DNA of 64,000 nt from Peribolospora baueri (taxonomy: Eukaryota): assembly GCA_029717555.1 (NCBI GenBank), contig JAMDHS010000001.1, positions 124,001 through 188,000 of the forward strand. The letters run 5' to 3'. Below the pieces are notes generated by a model that worked only from the letters and a program-made list of their open reading frames with translations, was not told the DNA's origin and did not search any database. The translations under genes and the position numbers were made by a program. Positions 23,626 through 37,005 of the stretch are shown piece after piece (position 1 is the first letter of the stretch; each line of letters opens with the position of its first letter).

Positions 23626-26600
23626 TTAAATCGAGTTTCTGCGAGCCGACCGTCCCCTCCTCCTGCTCGTCTCCATCCCCGCCTCCTTACCCGTGTCGGT
23701 ACCTGAAGGCAATCTTCCCTCGGTGTCGAACTCGTCGAGCATCCTCCGAGCCGCGTCGTACCCGACCGCCTGGATCTCTCCGAACTTTTTGAACTCCAGC
23801 GTGCCAAAGCTCTCCACAGGCATCCGCAGGTAGAGACACTCCGGCGTCGATTTGGCTTCCTCTAGGGTCCTGACGGAAGACACGCTGTTTTCCGGCGGAG
23901 ACGATGGAGATGGCAATGCTGGCTGAGCTGACTGACACGGATGGCAGTGGGTTCTAGGTCATGCAAGGTTAACACTCACTATGCCAGCCTGCTCTGGATG
24001 TCTGGAATGCTGGGAATATTCCGCGCATCGCTCCAGGGATTATACCGGTTGAGAAGGACCCACCAACCCGAGAGGGAATCGCCGAAGGTCTGCGGCGAAG
24101 TGTCGTCGATCGAACCCACATCGACGGCAAAGACGGTCGAAGCACCCATGGCGAGCATGACGGAGACGGGTAGGTTGTCGACATAGCCTCCGTCGGCCAG
24201 CATATTGCCATCATCAACGAGCGGGGGAAGGAAGCCAGCGAGCGTCATGGATGCGCGCACATACCGCCATGCGTAACCGTTCGTGTGTACGTCCATTCTG
24301 CTCCACGTGAGGTTGGTCGTGTTGCAGAAGTAGGGAAGCCACATGTCCTCGATGTGCTGTGAGAAGAAACGCGTAGAAAGACCCCGTAAGTCCGTCCGTT
24401 TCTCAACCTCGAACTCCGACCGAAACGCATTAAGATAAAGACAGACTGACAGAGTCCCTAAAAGCCTTGAAAATTCCTCTGTTGAACTCGTGTCCGGTGG
24501 TGTAACTGACGACGGGGTAGGTGAGATCACTCAAGATCCTCCACAAGCTCCCAATCCGGCCAGCAAACTTCTTCGTGCGCCCGATCGTGGATACGAGATC
24601 GGCCTCGCTGGCGTACAGCCCTCCCACGAAACTGCCGATGCTCGTTCCTCCGATCATGTCAATCGGCATTCCGCGCTCTTCGAGAGCTCGAATGACTCCG
24701 AGGTGTGCGCACCCTCTCGCTCCACCTCCGCCGAGGACGAGGCCAATGCTTTTCCCGCACAGGCGTCTAGCAAGGCGCGCGAAGTCGGAGAGGTGATGAG
24801 CCCTCCGAGGATACGCGTCGTCAATGTTCACGCCCCTGTAGCGCTGGATGCCGCTCTGTACTTTCTGCTTCAAGTTCTTGAAAGCCTGCACAGGCGCCGG
24901 CTCCACAAAGACGGGTAGAGGGCGCGTGCGCACGACGCCGGGCATCTCCACGTGGTGGTGCGCGTGGATCCAAGGTCGCTCCTTAAGCCATTGGCGCGTT
25001 GATCCGGCGTGAACACTGCGCTCCGGATGGAGCAAAACGAGCTCCTTGCGAGCGGTGGTCTTGATGCCTGTCAGCAAGCGCTCGTACTCTCCCACGCTCG
25101 GATCATCTCCGAGCCCGAGGAGAAGGATGCAGTCCGCCTGACGGATGCTCGTCTGCGTCCAGGCAGAGCTGACGGCAGTGTCGACGACATACAGCACGAT
25201 CCGATATTTCTGCTCCTGGTCCGCAAGCCATCCCGCCAGCTTGAGTTTGCCCATGCGGGAAAAGGCGTGTCGACCAAGGACAGACATTACACGGGCCTGG
25301 TTCAAGAAGGCCGTCGGCGCGCCGATGTCCTCGAACGAGTTTCGCAATCGAGTGGCAAACTCGGTGACGGGGATGTGACGCGTGACCGGCAGGATTGCGA
25401 TCGTCTTGAGGTTGAAGTTGTTTCGGCAGATGTCCGGCGCTCCGGGGATGGCCTGGCTGGCGAAGCGTTTGGACTTCTTCTCAAGCTCCTTACTTACTCT
25501 CCTCGCGATGATGCGCGAGATCTGAATAGTGATCGCGGGATGGCGTATGGAAATGGCGTTGAAGAGCGTCATGGGCATCCGCGCGAGTTCGGAGTCCCGA
25601 ATAGCGTGGAGCGTCGAAGGACGCTTCGAGTTTGTGATGACCTCGAGCTCCCCGACGCTATCTCCTTGACCGTACTCGTTCAGCACCTCCACGCCGCCGC
25701 CTGCCTTCTCGGTGATCGACCTCAGACGGCCGTTGATGACGATGTAGAAAGAGTCGGCCTCATCGCCCTCCCTGTGAATGACCTGCCCGGCATTTACTTG
25801 CTGCCAGTCGAGTGCAGAGTCAATGTGAAGGACTGTGAACGCAACGCCGTCGCCATATGTATCCAACGAATCGAGTCAGCTGTGTCTATTTGAGCGGGAG
25901 CCTGGTTTCAATCGGAGAGGGAGAAGAAAAAGACTCACGCAGTGGGGACATCAAACTTATCAACCTCTTGCACAGAGTCAAGAGCACAATCGGCCGCTTC
26001 TCCATAATCTTCTCCAGCGCGTGGGCGGGCAAAAAGCCGACGTAGACATCCGTCTTCGCCCTGATGTCGACATAGCTCGCCATTCCGCAGAGGCTAGCCA
26101 AGTAGCCGGCGATGCCGCCCGCCTTAACGGTGAAGAGTGAGGTGGGCGCGTTGCTGTCTCCCGGCAGCGACTGAGAGTTGGTGCGACGCGCAGTGGTGGG
26201 GGACACGGGTGACGTGGGAGAGGCTGATCCGCGTCGAGGTTGATCAGACGATCGTCGAGAGGCGCCGGACCTTGCCGTCGTGGCGAGCTTTGGATGGTGC
26301 GCATGGGCGCCAGAGGGTTGCGAGCGTGGCATCTTCTCGCTGGAACCTAAGGCTGGTGAGCGCACCTTATCCTGACGACCCTTGGCACCTCCAGCGGGTT
26401 TGATATTGGGCTCTTCTCCGCCAGGCGTCTCCGGCGGAACGAGGACTTCGAGGAATCCGTCAATGACGAAGAACAGCCCTGCGTTCCTCTCTCCCGCTTT
26501 GACTAGAGCAGAACCCCGAGGGAAGAAGAGGACCTCAACCTCGTTTTCCAGCTCGTGCGTGCTTCCGCCGGTGAGACTGCTAGCTGTGATGCTACTCGAG

Positions 26601-29600
26601 TTTTCGTCTTCGCCCATGGCGGCCTCGAGAAGGGTCAAGCTGCTGAATGCGCTGTTCGATACGGCAGTCCGCTGCAAAGCATGATCGTTGGCAGGGATCC
26701 AAGGGCTAGCCTCAGCGCTCGGCGGCTGGCTCAAAGGCGGCTGGGTCAAACCGATGCTCTTGGCCAAACTGTCCATCACTGCGTCTCGCAGATCAAAGTC
26801 TTCGCCCAATTGTTTCCGATCGTCCAACTCGCCAGACAGAGGAGAGCTCGTGCCCGTCGCGGTAGGTTCCGTGGAGCGAACGGCGTGAGTGGGAGGCATG
26901 CCTCGACCGATTTTGGGCGTTGGCAGGCCTTGGGGGATGTAAGATTGGCGAAAGCCTTCGGTTGTGCCCGTCATGCTCAGCAGGTCACCGGGGCCAACGT
27001 GTCGTCTGCCCGTGGGAGCCTTGGTGCTCTTCCTCGGGTGCCCAGAAGGAGTCTTGGGAGGCGAGCGGCTCCAGTCACTCGCGCCGCTCTTCGTTCGCGA
27101 GGCCTCGCGAGGGGGGGAGGTGAAGCAATCGCTATCACCCCCAGTATCGGTCTCATCCGAGCCTGTATTTCTCGACGACGCAGGTTCGGGTAAGAAGCGT
27201 TGACGAAGGCGCTCCATGCCACCCTTCTCGTAAAATACGGAGGGTAGTGGATAGCAGGCGAGCTCGTTGATTGCCTTCTCCGTCCGAATCACTTCCTTGG
27301 TGAGGCCGAGGTATTTGTGGGCCGTGTGGAAAGTGACTCGTGCGAGCCGAGTGAGAATAACTGGGAGCAACCATTGGGTGACGGACAAGTAATGTAACGT
27401 GAGCTAACCTCCCCTCTGAATTCGACCTCATCCATTCACTCAGCCACCAATTAAAACCACCCCAAAGGCCTACCTTGAACGATATGAGCGGCAGCATTCG
27501 GAAACTTTTTGGTAAGCCTCCTGAACGCCTCGGCAGGGATGACAGCCAGTGTCGTATCGACTGTAGCTCTGGCCACCGTGCCAGGCACGCCCGCCCTGGC
27601 ATATCCCGACGGTTTACTTCTTTCACCGCCACTGAATACGCTGGCAGTGCTGAGCCTGGAATTAGACGGGGCGCGAGAACGAAATCGGGCGCTTTCGTAT
27701 TCCCAAGGCGAGGTGGGGCCGCTCGGAGGCGTCTGACGGTCGTAGGTGCCGGAGCAAGGAAACTTCAGAATGTCCGAAGGGGCCATCGCCGGATTGTGGT
27801 GATCGGCGCTGGAGGCAGGTGCGATGGTAGACGATCCTGCTCGCCCGGGTGCGACGGCGTCGTTGGGCGTTACTCCCGGAGAAGCGGACGCGTCTGAGTC
27901 GGCTCGAATGGTATCGGCATCTTGCTCGCTGCCGATCTCGGCGGAGTAAAGAGGATCGCCTTGAACAGTCGAGCCGTCGGATATGCCGCTCGAGGAGCGG
28001 CCATGGGCAGTTCCTGTATTGCCTGCGTCACCGAGAGCGTGCACGTCGTCGTGGCCCTTGAGAGGGTTAGGAGAGCCTGTTTCAGACCTTGGGCGAGATG
28101 TCAATACTGATTGTGGGGAACCATGGGATTCTAACGAGAAATCGGTCGGATGCGGTAGCCGGGCAACCATGGGTGACCGCCCTTGGACGCTGCTGCCTCT
28201 CCGTCCGCAGGAGATGCTCCCGACAGACCTTCGGTAATGATGTCCTGGTGTGTTGGAACGAGTACCGTTTGTAGATGGCCTGTTGACGTCCCTCCTCGTG
28301 CTGTCTTCCTCGTATCGGAGCCTGACATCCTCGGTGAAGAGGCTGAGGATGGTGAACAGGCTGCTTAACGTACCACCGTTCTCCACCTCGTTAAGGAGCT
28401 GGTAGCCCCGGCCTTCTTCGTCGTCGTCCTCGAAGACGTCCAGCGACGGATCGTTAGGATCCCGTGGGCGATCAGTGGGCGCAAAAACTTGAACGTGGCC
28501 ATCAATAACGATGTAGAAGGAGAGGTCGTTGTCCAGCGACAGCGAGTCTCCAGCGATTAAACGGCGAGTCTGCAGGTGCCGAGCGAGCTCATGAAATACC
28601 TGTGCATTGGCGCATAAGAATAGAAAAAGAGAAAGAGAATCAGATAATGAGTCGAGGAGCTTTCTGACCATTTTCAGCCGTCCCTCAGATCTCACCGGCT
28701 TCTCCAAAAACCCGAAGATACGAATCGCTTGGAGAAACTCGTCGAGATAATTATGGAAGGAAGGGGGCCCATCTCCGGAAGCAGCGACATCGGGGTGGAG
28801 GTTGAAATTTTCGTCTTTCTCGAGAGGTTCCTCCCGAAGAGCGCTGTAACGGTTCAGGTAGCGGTATCGGACGACGAGAAAAGCGACACTCAAGAGGACG
28901 ATGGTGAGGCCGAAGAGCGCGGGGAAATGGAGCTGCAAAACGGGCGGATGAAAAAAAAACAGGGAACAGGAAGGGCATGGTCAGTGAAAATGGCGCCTCA
29001 TGCCGTCGACGGCCGGTGGCGGTCACTCCTCCTCTCGACCGCACGTCTTTAAAGGGAGCGCGGAGGGACGACAGAAGTGCGCACCTGGAGTGTGAGAGAG
29101 TAGGACAACACAGCGTAGACGGCCTTGGGTACGGTGATAGTGGTGAAGGCAACCAGAGCCGAAACGAAGGAGAGAAAGGCGACTGGAGGAGGACGAAGGT
29201 GGAGAGTCCATCGGTGGATGCAGATGTGGACGCGTAGATGCAGGCGAGAACGTGGGCGGGGACGAGATAGGACGGCCAAAAGCAGTCAGTTAGCAATTCT
29301 CCAGCGTCCAGCTAAGCTTAGCACGGCGCTTTGGCGAGATGAGGCCCTCAAGTCAAGTCACTCTGTCGTCCCCACCCCCTTCCTCCTCTCCGCCGCCTCC
29401 GCCTCCGCCTCCGCCTCCTCCCTCCCTTCTATGCGTTGGCTCTTCACAGTTCCGATCGTCCCGCACTAAAAACTCACCCACGAAACTGAATGCGGCCTGC
29501 AAGACGGCCGCGACGGGGTTGGCTGTCGAGCCCTCTGCCACCGACTCTGTTGCGGCCCAAGCGCCGGACAGGTGGGCGAGCAGGAGATGACAGAGAATGT

Positions 29601-29613
29601 GGGCGTCCGCCAT
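23626..29613 (-). CDS. NTE1: Lysophospholipase NTE1 (cNMP-binding domains plus patatin domain)
   Basis: N-terminal TMs, [40 protein letters not shown], cNMP-like FYIVINGRLRS, patatin motifs GGGGARG, GTSIG and DGG, C-terminal RRNSI*. Confidence 0.95.
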
Positions 29614-29866
29614 TGCGTTAGGATGGCGTCGAGGCGCGAGAGCAAGGTCAGCTAGGTGTAGCCGGGTGATTAAACGGCAGAGCGACCGATCGAGGTTAGC
29701 ACGTGACCGCGACCGGGGCTTTTGGACGAGCCACGGCCGACTTGGGCGTTGCTTCTTCCCCTCCTCCATCACCCCCTCCACAGATGGCAGTCGCCAGCAG
29801 GAGGCGCCTCATAGTTACACAACCGCAGAGCCAAGGCCCTTCCAGGGTGCTACCCCACGGCGCGCT

Positions 29867-32800
29867 ATGGTCCTCCTAGACTTGCCGCGTCGCGACCCTG
29901 ACCCGCTTGCCACTTTCCGCGAAGAGCCGGGCCACCCTTCAGACGGCCGGCAACCACTAAAGGAACAGGTCGTCTTCTTCGATCTTCCAACGACAAACGA
30001 GCCGCCAAAGAAGGGAGAAGCAGAGACAAATCTCAGTTTGAACGGGTGCGTGAGTGAGCGAGCAGGATGTTCAACGTCATACCCGGATGGATAATAGTAC
30101 CTTGCGACCGTCCAGGAAACAGGAGGTCCTGACGTTGTCCATCTCTTCCCATCCAGACTCGTCCTCCAACAATCTCTTCGTCAATCGCGCCAGTTCTACT
30201 TGCACTCCTTTCTACCCGTCTATTCGACAAAGGTCCGCAACGGTCCTCACGTCCCCGTAGCTTCCACCTCCACCTCTCCTCCGCCCGTCCTCGTCCAACT
30301 CGGCCTTGCAGATGTCGTTCTTGGCCCTCACATTTTTTACCGCACTAGAATATGGGAGGTCAGGGAAGAGCAGCAGGTCAGATATGCTTACTCCTCGCCC
30401 GCAGCACCTTCTAGGATGGACAAAGGCAAGGGTGCGGCCGTCCCAGCTACGCAGCGAGCCGCCGCCGCCGCCTCTTCTCAGTCACCCTCGACTCCCAGGA
30501 CGCCTTCTGCCCCAACACCTCGTCCACAGGTGCCTGGTCCTCCCCAGCCTACTCGGCCCATTTCCTCAGCTTCTACCGCTGCGTCGTCAGCTCGGCCGCC
30601 TCCCACAGCTGCACCTGCTTGGCCCCCTCCCACGTCCACGCCTCGGCCGTCAGCGCCAGCATCGACACCTCGACCACCTCCACCTCCCCCGTCCACATCT
30701 GCCCGTCCATCTGCAGCACCACCAGTGAACGCCGAGCTAGTAGCTAGAGTTAACGCGGCAGCATCGGCGAATCCCGCGCTGTCCCATCTCCTCCATTTGG
30801 CCGCATCAGGCAGAGCGAATCAGGAGCAGCTTAAGGCTTTGGGCGTCTGGATCCAAGCCATCACCACGCAGGCCGCGCGCGAGGGCGTCTTTCTCACAGT
30901 CGGAAGCCCCGCATCGACCCCTTCTCCGGCAACGCCACCGATCGTGGCAAATCAGCCGCCGAGACCGCCTCCTCCACGACCGCCTGCCCCGTCGCGTTCT
31001 CCAGCCTCGACGTCGTCTCCTGCCGTCGGCACATCGTCGGTGAAGATGCGTAACCATTCTACACCCCGAAATCCACCCTATGCTCGTCCCGTGGCTCAAG
31101 TTCCGCCGCCTGTGCCTCCTCCATCTCTCGGACCGCCGAAAATCGTCCTCGAGTTCAAGGAGAACTCCTCCACGCGCTTCATCCTCCCTCTCGACGAGGC
31201 CCTCATTGAACGCACGACGCCGCTCTATCCATTGCCGGACGGCGGCGGGGAGAGCAAGGCTGAAGTCCGCTTGAGTCTGTTATTGCCGCTCGTCAAGGGG
31301 GATGCGGGGGAGGAGAAGGCCAAGAAGAAAGCCAAGCAGAGAGAGAAAGAAAAGAAGGCCAGGAAGGCGGAGGCGGCCGCCGCTGCCGCCCAGGCCACCC
31401 CAGGCGGATCGTCAGAATCATCAGGGACAGGTCCTGCAGTCGGGCCTGGAACACCCGCACCGATGACCCCGTTGCCACCATCTATTGGTCCATCGGCACG
31501 TGCAAACACCGTCAACTCGCCAGCTCCGCCAGAGTCGGCAGCTCCTGTGGACGCATCGGGGAAGCCCACGCCGTCTTCAGAGGAACTCGCAGTGGGGGCG
31601 ATCAAGGACGAGGAACCCGGCCGTCAACGTGAGGTGAAGGAAAAAGCGAAACCGACAGACGGGGACAAGACGAAAGGAAAGGAACAGAAGAATGCTGACG
31701 ATGCGCCTGCAGAGGAACAGGGTCCTCGCACACCGCTGACGATCCGACTCGTCGCCGTCGACGCGATGGTATGGGACGTTTTCGGGCGGTGCCTGACGCT
31801 CAAGCGGAAAACCGGAAAACCGGAAGATGAGAGTGAGAAGTACAGAGAGGTGTATAAAAGAATTGTCGAGGCGGTGAGTTGAACTTTCTCCGCTTGTTCG
31901 TTGCGCCGCGCTTTGCGTCGTCGTCGTTCGTTGGAAACGTTTGTCCGCGCTTGAAACTTGAACAGCTGGCTGAGATGTGAAACGCGTTTTGGTCTTTCTT
32001 TGCATTGCGTGCCGGCAATGCCCCCCTCGCCCTCCCTGACTTGTTTTCTTACCGTCACCAACGCTCTCAGATGAAATCCCATCCAGCGCCACCAAGGCAA
32101 TATCTGAACCTCACCGCCGCCCCAGGTCAACTCCCCAAGGGCCTCGAGGAGCACCTTGTGGAAAAGTTCACCCCGCAGCTCGTCCGGCACTCCACGCGGC
32201 CCCTTCCAAAGCGCAAGGTGCCGACAGCGAGGGGCGGGATCGCACAGGGGCCTTCTCGAACACCCTTTGGCGGCGGTTTTGGCAGCGGAGAGCGGGAGGG
32301 GGAGGACCCGGTGGGAGGATATGGAGGCAAGAGGGAGGGAGATGGGCCGGCTTTGGGGACGATGTTAGGTAGGCGAGCGAGCGGAGGCCCCGACGATGGG
32401 TTCGGGATGGGAGCGGGGGCGGTGGATGGCACGTCATGTCCGCCAAAGCCGAAGAGGATCCGGCACGTGGCGCTACACAACCCTGATGGGACTAGGAAGA
32501 GCTGTGGAGCGTGTGGGAAGACGAAGACGCCGCTTTGGAGGAGGGGGCCTAAGGGTCCTTCGACACGTGAGTCGTCAGGCGACGGTCTAGGCTCGTCCCA
32601 TCCAGATCCTTGTTGGTCATGACTGATCGTTCCCCCCATTTTTTGTTCCTCTCCCGCACCGACCCGATCAGTGTGCAACGCGTGCGGAGCGAAATGGAGA
32701 GCGGGCCGATTGGTCGTGCCCGACGTCGCCCCGCCGCCAATATTCGAACTGGACGAGCTGGAGGCCATGGGCATCGCTCCCACTCCCACTACTGTCCCTG

Positions 32801-32886
32801 CCCCTACCGTACCTACGCCCGCACCCGCGCCTGCCCTCGCATCGGATCCCACTCCGACCCTGGCGCCGTCTGGTTCTCCTCCATGA
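29867..32886 (+). CDS. Swc3-like protein with C-terminal GATA-type zinc finger
   Basis: ATG 29867; intron 30046-30156 joins NLSLNG|LVLQQSLRQSRQFYLHSF in frame. LGLADVVLGPHIF, ANPALSHLLHLAASGRANQEQLKAL, IVLEFKENSSTRFILP, TPLTIRL. Finger CGACGKTKTPLWRRGPKGPST|LCNACG is split by an intron. The GATA finger is clear; the Swc3 similarity comes from recalled motifs. Confidence 0.75.
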
Positions 32887-33392
32887 TGGCCGTATCCTCC
32901 TGTCTGCCCAGGTACCTGAATCACACTATGTAATTACTTGAACGGCAGTCGAGAGCGGCGGCGGGAGGGAGGGGATGAGAAAGAATGCGGACTACCCGTC
33001 GACAGCGTTTGGAAGTCTGAATTTAATGGTCTGATCGAGTGAATCGATTGGAGAAGGGGTATCCTCTATTCCCCACGACTTCAAGCTGACCGGGGTGAAA
33101 TGTACTATTCCGACCATCGCCGTGCCTCTCCACTATTCCAGCGCAGTTGTGAGACTTTTTACAAGATGAAGGAGAGTGGTGAACATGAGAATGGATTGAG
33201 CAACCGCATAAAACTTGGCATGGCGTCCCTCGCCCCCGCAAAGTGGCTCGTGCACTGCCCGATCACGTGCGGCGTCGATGGAAAGGCCGATCATGCTGCG
33301 ATGGACACTCTCCGCCTCTTCCACCCTCACTGCTCGTATCTTGGCCGCCTCGACCATTTTTGCACCACACTGGACGCACTCTGACAGCTGTC

Positions 33393-34795
33393 ATGTCCAC
33401 TATCCACCATCCTCCAGCTGCGCCTGCCGCCCCGCCCCCCTACGACTCCCTCCTCCTCCCCCTTTACTACACCTCCCTCGCCTCGCTTCCAAACCATCTC
33501 TGGCTGCGCATCTTCTCTTTCCTCTGCGACGGACGACTGCCGCGTGGGCAGAGGGTGGAAGGGCTACAGCACTTGCATGGGAGCATGAGGCGAGTTTGCA
33601 GGAGGGCTTATCTGGGTGAGCAGCGGCCGTCGGCGGGACTTTGCTCCTCCGCCTTGCCCTCGACGAGAAAGTGAATGGAGGAGAGGAACCGGCTTGGAAT
33701 CCTGACCGACTGACCGGCGGCGCTTCTCTCACTTTTGCTCGCTCGTCATGACACTCGCGATACAGCATCGATGCATCTTCTGCGCTCGCACTACCTCCCC
33801 CTCTACCTCTCCTCTGTCCGCTCTGGCTACTCCACAAACCCGTACCCGCAGGGGGCGCCAGAGGCACACGTCGGCTATCGACCCCTCTCTCTTGACATGC
33901 CCTTTGGCGAGGGTGTAGAAGGGCTGGGGTTCGCGGCGCAAGACGGCGGCGCTCATGGAGTGGGAGGGTCGGAGTTGAGAAGGTCGCAGGGAGAGGCGCG
34001 CAGGAGCTACGATTACGGCGCGGAGACGCGGCAGGTAGCCGCCCGAACAGCGTCGGATGTGGTGATGGGTCTCTCGACGCAGCGGGAGACCGGCGTCTTG
34101 GACCTCTTCATAGCGTCCAAGGTGCGGGAGAGCGTGGAGCAGTGGGAGAGCGAGCTGCGCATGAGCGAAGACACGGACGACCTATTCGACCTCTGGCAGG
34201 TGAGCCCGTCGTCCGTCGTCGGGGGACGACGACTGGTCTCATATTTCCCTCTCGTCTCATCTTCTCCTCGCTCCCCGCACCGCACCAAAAGCCTCAGTGC
34301 AGACTAGAAGACCTGGTGCGAGACATGAGCGTCCCACGCCAGCTCGTCTCCGTCGCGCCTCACAACGGCGCACGACGTCCCGCCGCCGTTCTGCCCACGT
34401 ACAACCTTCTGGACCCGAAAGGCTACGGGGTGGACTCCTTCTCATCTCCAGCGTCGTCGTTGTCATCGGCGGCGGTCGCCCTTCCGACCTGCCCGTCCGA
34501 CTCCTCGTCAAAGATCGCCTTCGAAGATCTCTCCATCCGGCTCACCCTCCGCTCCGCCTCGCTCCTCCTGCCCTTCGCCTCCTCTTCCTCTTCCTCTTCC
34601 TCCGTGGGCGGGTCGGCGCCCAAGGCGGTGGCGAGGAAGACGGCGGTGGAGGTGAGGAGGGCAAAGGGAGAGAGGCTCGAACACACGGCCAGACGGGTGG
34701 TGGATGAGCTGGACAGGCGGAGAGGACGGTGGAGGCGGTGTGCGCAGGATGGCAAAGTCTGGTACGTCGTCCTCCCACGCGACGACGACGTGTAG
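33393..34795 (+). CDS. Hypothetical protein with N-terminal F-box-like motif (3 exons)
   Basis: SLASLPNHLWLRIFSFL...MRRVCRRAYL|ASMHLLRSHYLPLY, RETGVLDLFIA, DLFDLWQ|PQCRLEDLVR. GT-AG introns near 33616-33765 and 34200-34290. Confidence 0.6.
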
Positions 34796-35000
34796 GTCCA
34801 TCCGCTCGCACGTCCGTCCGTCCGTGTCAGCTTCGCCTCGCCTCATCTCTCTTCATCGCGCAAGCTCATCTCCATGGCCAACGAGGGCCATCTTATGATC
34901 CATTTATTCCACAATCGTACGCACGTACGCCGCACAAACGGTGACTGACTTGATATATCCATGCCCACTCCACGACTTCGAACGAAGGGGCGACGCCACG

Positions 35001-37005
35001 CTATGCTTCCCTCGCGCCAACCTTGTGGATCGGCAAAATCTCCCCCTTCGCACCGCTTCCCACAGCCACGCCCGCCGCAGCCACACTATCACCCGGTGAG
35101 ATGGATCGGGGGAAGTTGTTGTTGTTGGAGGGGGAAGAAGAAGCGGGCAGATAGCTCTGGGTCTTTGCTTGCAGGTTCTTGGCCCAGGCGTAGACGAGTC
35201 CTGCGACGAAGCCTACTGCGATGGCTGAGACGGAGCCGAGGGTGACGGGGTCGCCGAAGAAGAGGAGTCCCGACGCTGCCACGGGGAGCTGTCCAATCCG
35301 AAACGGTCAGAGAAGTCGAAGGGTTGAGTTTGGGCGATCATAACAAAGAAGAAGTTTGGACGATCGTAACAAAGAAGGAGGGAAGCCGCGCACCTTGTTC
35401 AATGCGCCAACCATGCTAAACGTTGTGCTACTCGTCGCTCGAAGACACCAGGCAGTGGTGTAGGAGATGAAGACGGCCGCCGCGCCGGAGACGACGATGG
35501 CGAAGAGGAGAAAGTTGCGCGTCTCTGCTGGGCTGCGGAGCGACAGCGCGAGAGGAGAGAAGTAGATGGCGGTCAGCCAACAAAGAAAAAAAAAAGTTCA
35601 AGAGCAGAGCAAACGGAAAGGAAGGGAACTCACAAATTACGATGCAAGCTCTCCACAGTCCAGTCCTCGACGAGCATGGACATGACGGCGAGGACGGGGA
35701 TGGAGAGGAGGTTGTTGTAGAACATGGTGTCCCAGTCTTTGAAGCCTATTGACTTTATCCGTTTTCGCATTGCCAGTACCTGGTGACGAAAGGACCAACG
35801 AGGGGATGGTAAGCGATCGAGAGCGAGTCGGCGTCGACTGAGAAGGAGGGGAGAGCGACGCACATAGGCAGCGCTCATGAGGCAGTTGGCCAACATCCAA
35901 ATGTAGCCAGCGTTCAAGTTTCCCAACCGGTGCACCGCCTCGACCGTACCACTCGCCCCGACGCCTTCCAAGCCCATCTGCGCCGCCGCCTGTGCGCCGC
36001 TGAGCTCGGTGGCGTCGTCGGAGAAGAGGGAGCCACCAGCGGTCGCTGATCGTCGCCAGATGTCCTTGGCCATTTCCGTCACCGCCGCGCCGACGGCCGC
36101 CGTGACGGTTGAGGAGCGATCGCCGTGTGCCAAGTGCGCAGAGTGCCAGCCTTGCGCGGCCAAGTCACTTCCCGCCCCGGCGACTCCGGGCCGATAGAGC
36201 GAGGAGAGAGAAGAGGGAAAACCGCCGTGGGCGGCTTGGAATGCCTGGAGAGCGTGAGAGATGTCGGACCAGGCTGCTATGACAGAGGAGAGGACCATGA
36301 GGCCGAAGGAGATGAGGGTGAGGGGGGAGACGCGACCGCCGAACCAGACAACTTCGCCGTAGGCCTGTAGTCAGTGGGAGCAAGGGGGGTGGATCGGTTG
36401 GTCGACTGCGGAGGATGAGAGCGCGAAAGAAGGACGGCAAGAGAAAGGCAACGCACGATGAGGATGATGGTGAGGTTTTTAAAGATGGTGTAGACGGGGA
36501 TGCTGAGATATTGCTGTGGGGTAATGCAAGCGAACAGGGTGACGAAATGAATGGACGCGAGTAAGCAACGGCGCGCGTCTGGAAAGACGTCTGCTCGGCA
36601 CTCAAGCGAGACTGACCAAGCTCTTGCTTCCGGTGTAAATATTGGCGACGAGCAAGCAGCTGACGGGGAACCAGCGTCTGGCGTCGGAAGAGTCCCAATC
36701 GCGGAAGGATAGCAAGCCGAGCTTCCTGGAGAGAATGACGCAAAGGACGCCGACGATGGACTGAATGGCCAGCAGGAGGCAGTTCATCGTGAAGTGGGCG
36801 CCGGATACGACGAACTATGGGGAAGGAGATGGAGACATGTTGGTTCGATCGCTGCACGCGCTGCCATCCCTCGCTCGCTCCCTCGCCCACTCACCTTGTT
36901 AATGACGGTCATGAGAATGCTCGCCAGGCAGTAGCTCAAGACGGGCAAGGCCGGGTGGTGGGCGACCTTGTCGACGGCTGCGCGCGTCTCAGTGGCGGCG
37001 GCCAT
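35001..37005 (-). CDS. VRG4: Golgi GDP-mannose transporter
   Basis: [65 protein letters not shown] (GALNK motif), [12 protein letters not shown]. Confidence 0.93.

Noticed and set aside
25009..25893. 294-aa plus-strand ORF (likewise 45749-46714, 2367-3281, 50072-50827)
   Set aside because: These are antisense shadows of NTE1, RPB2, the RhoGEF and CWC25, expected in GC3-rich coding DNA.
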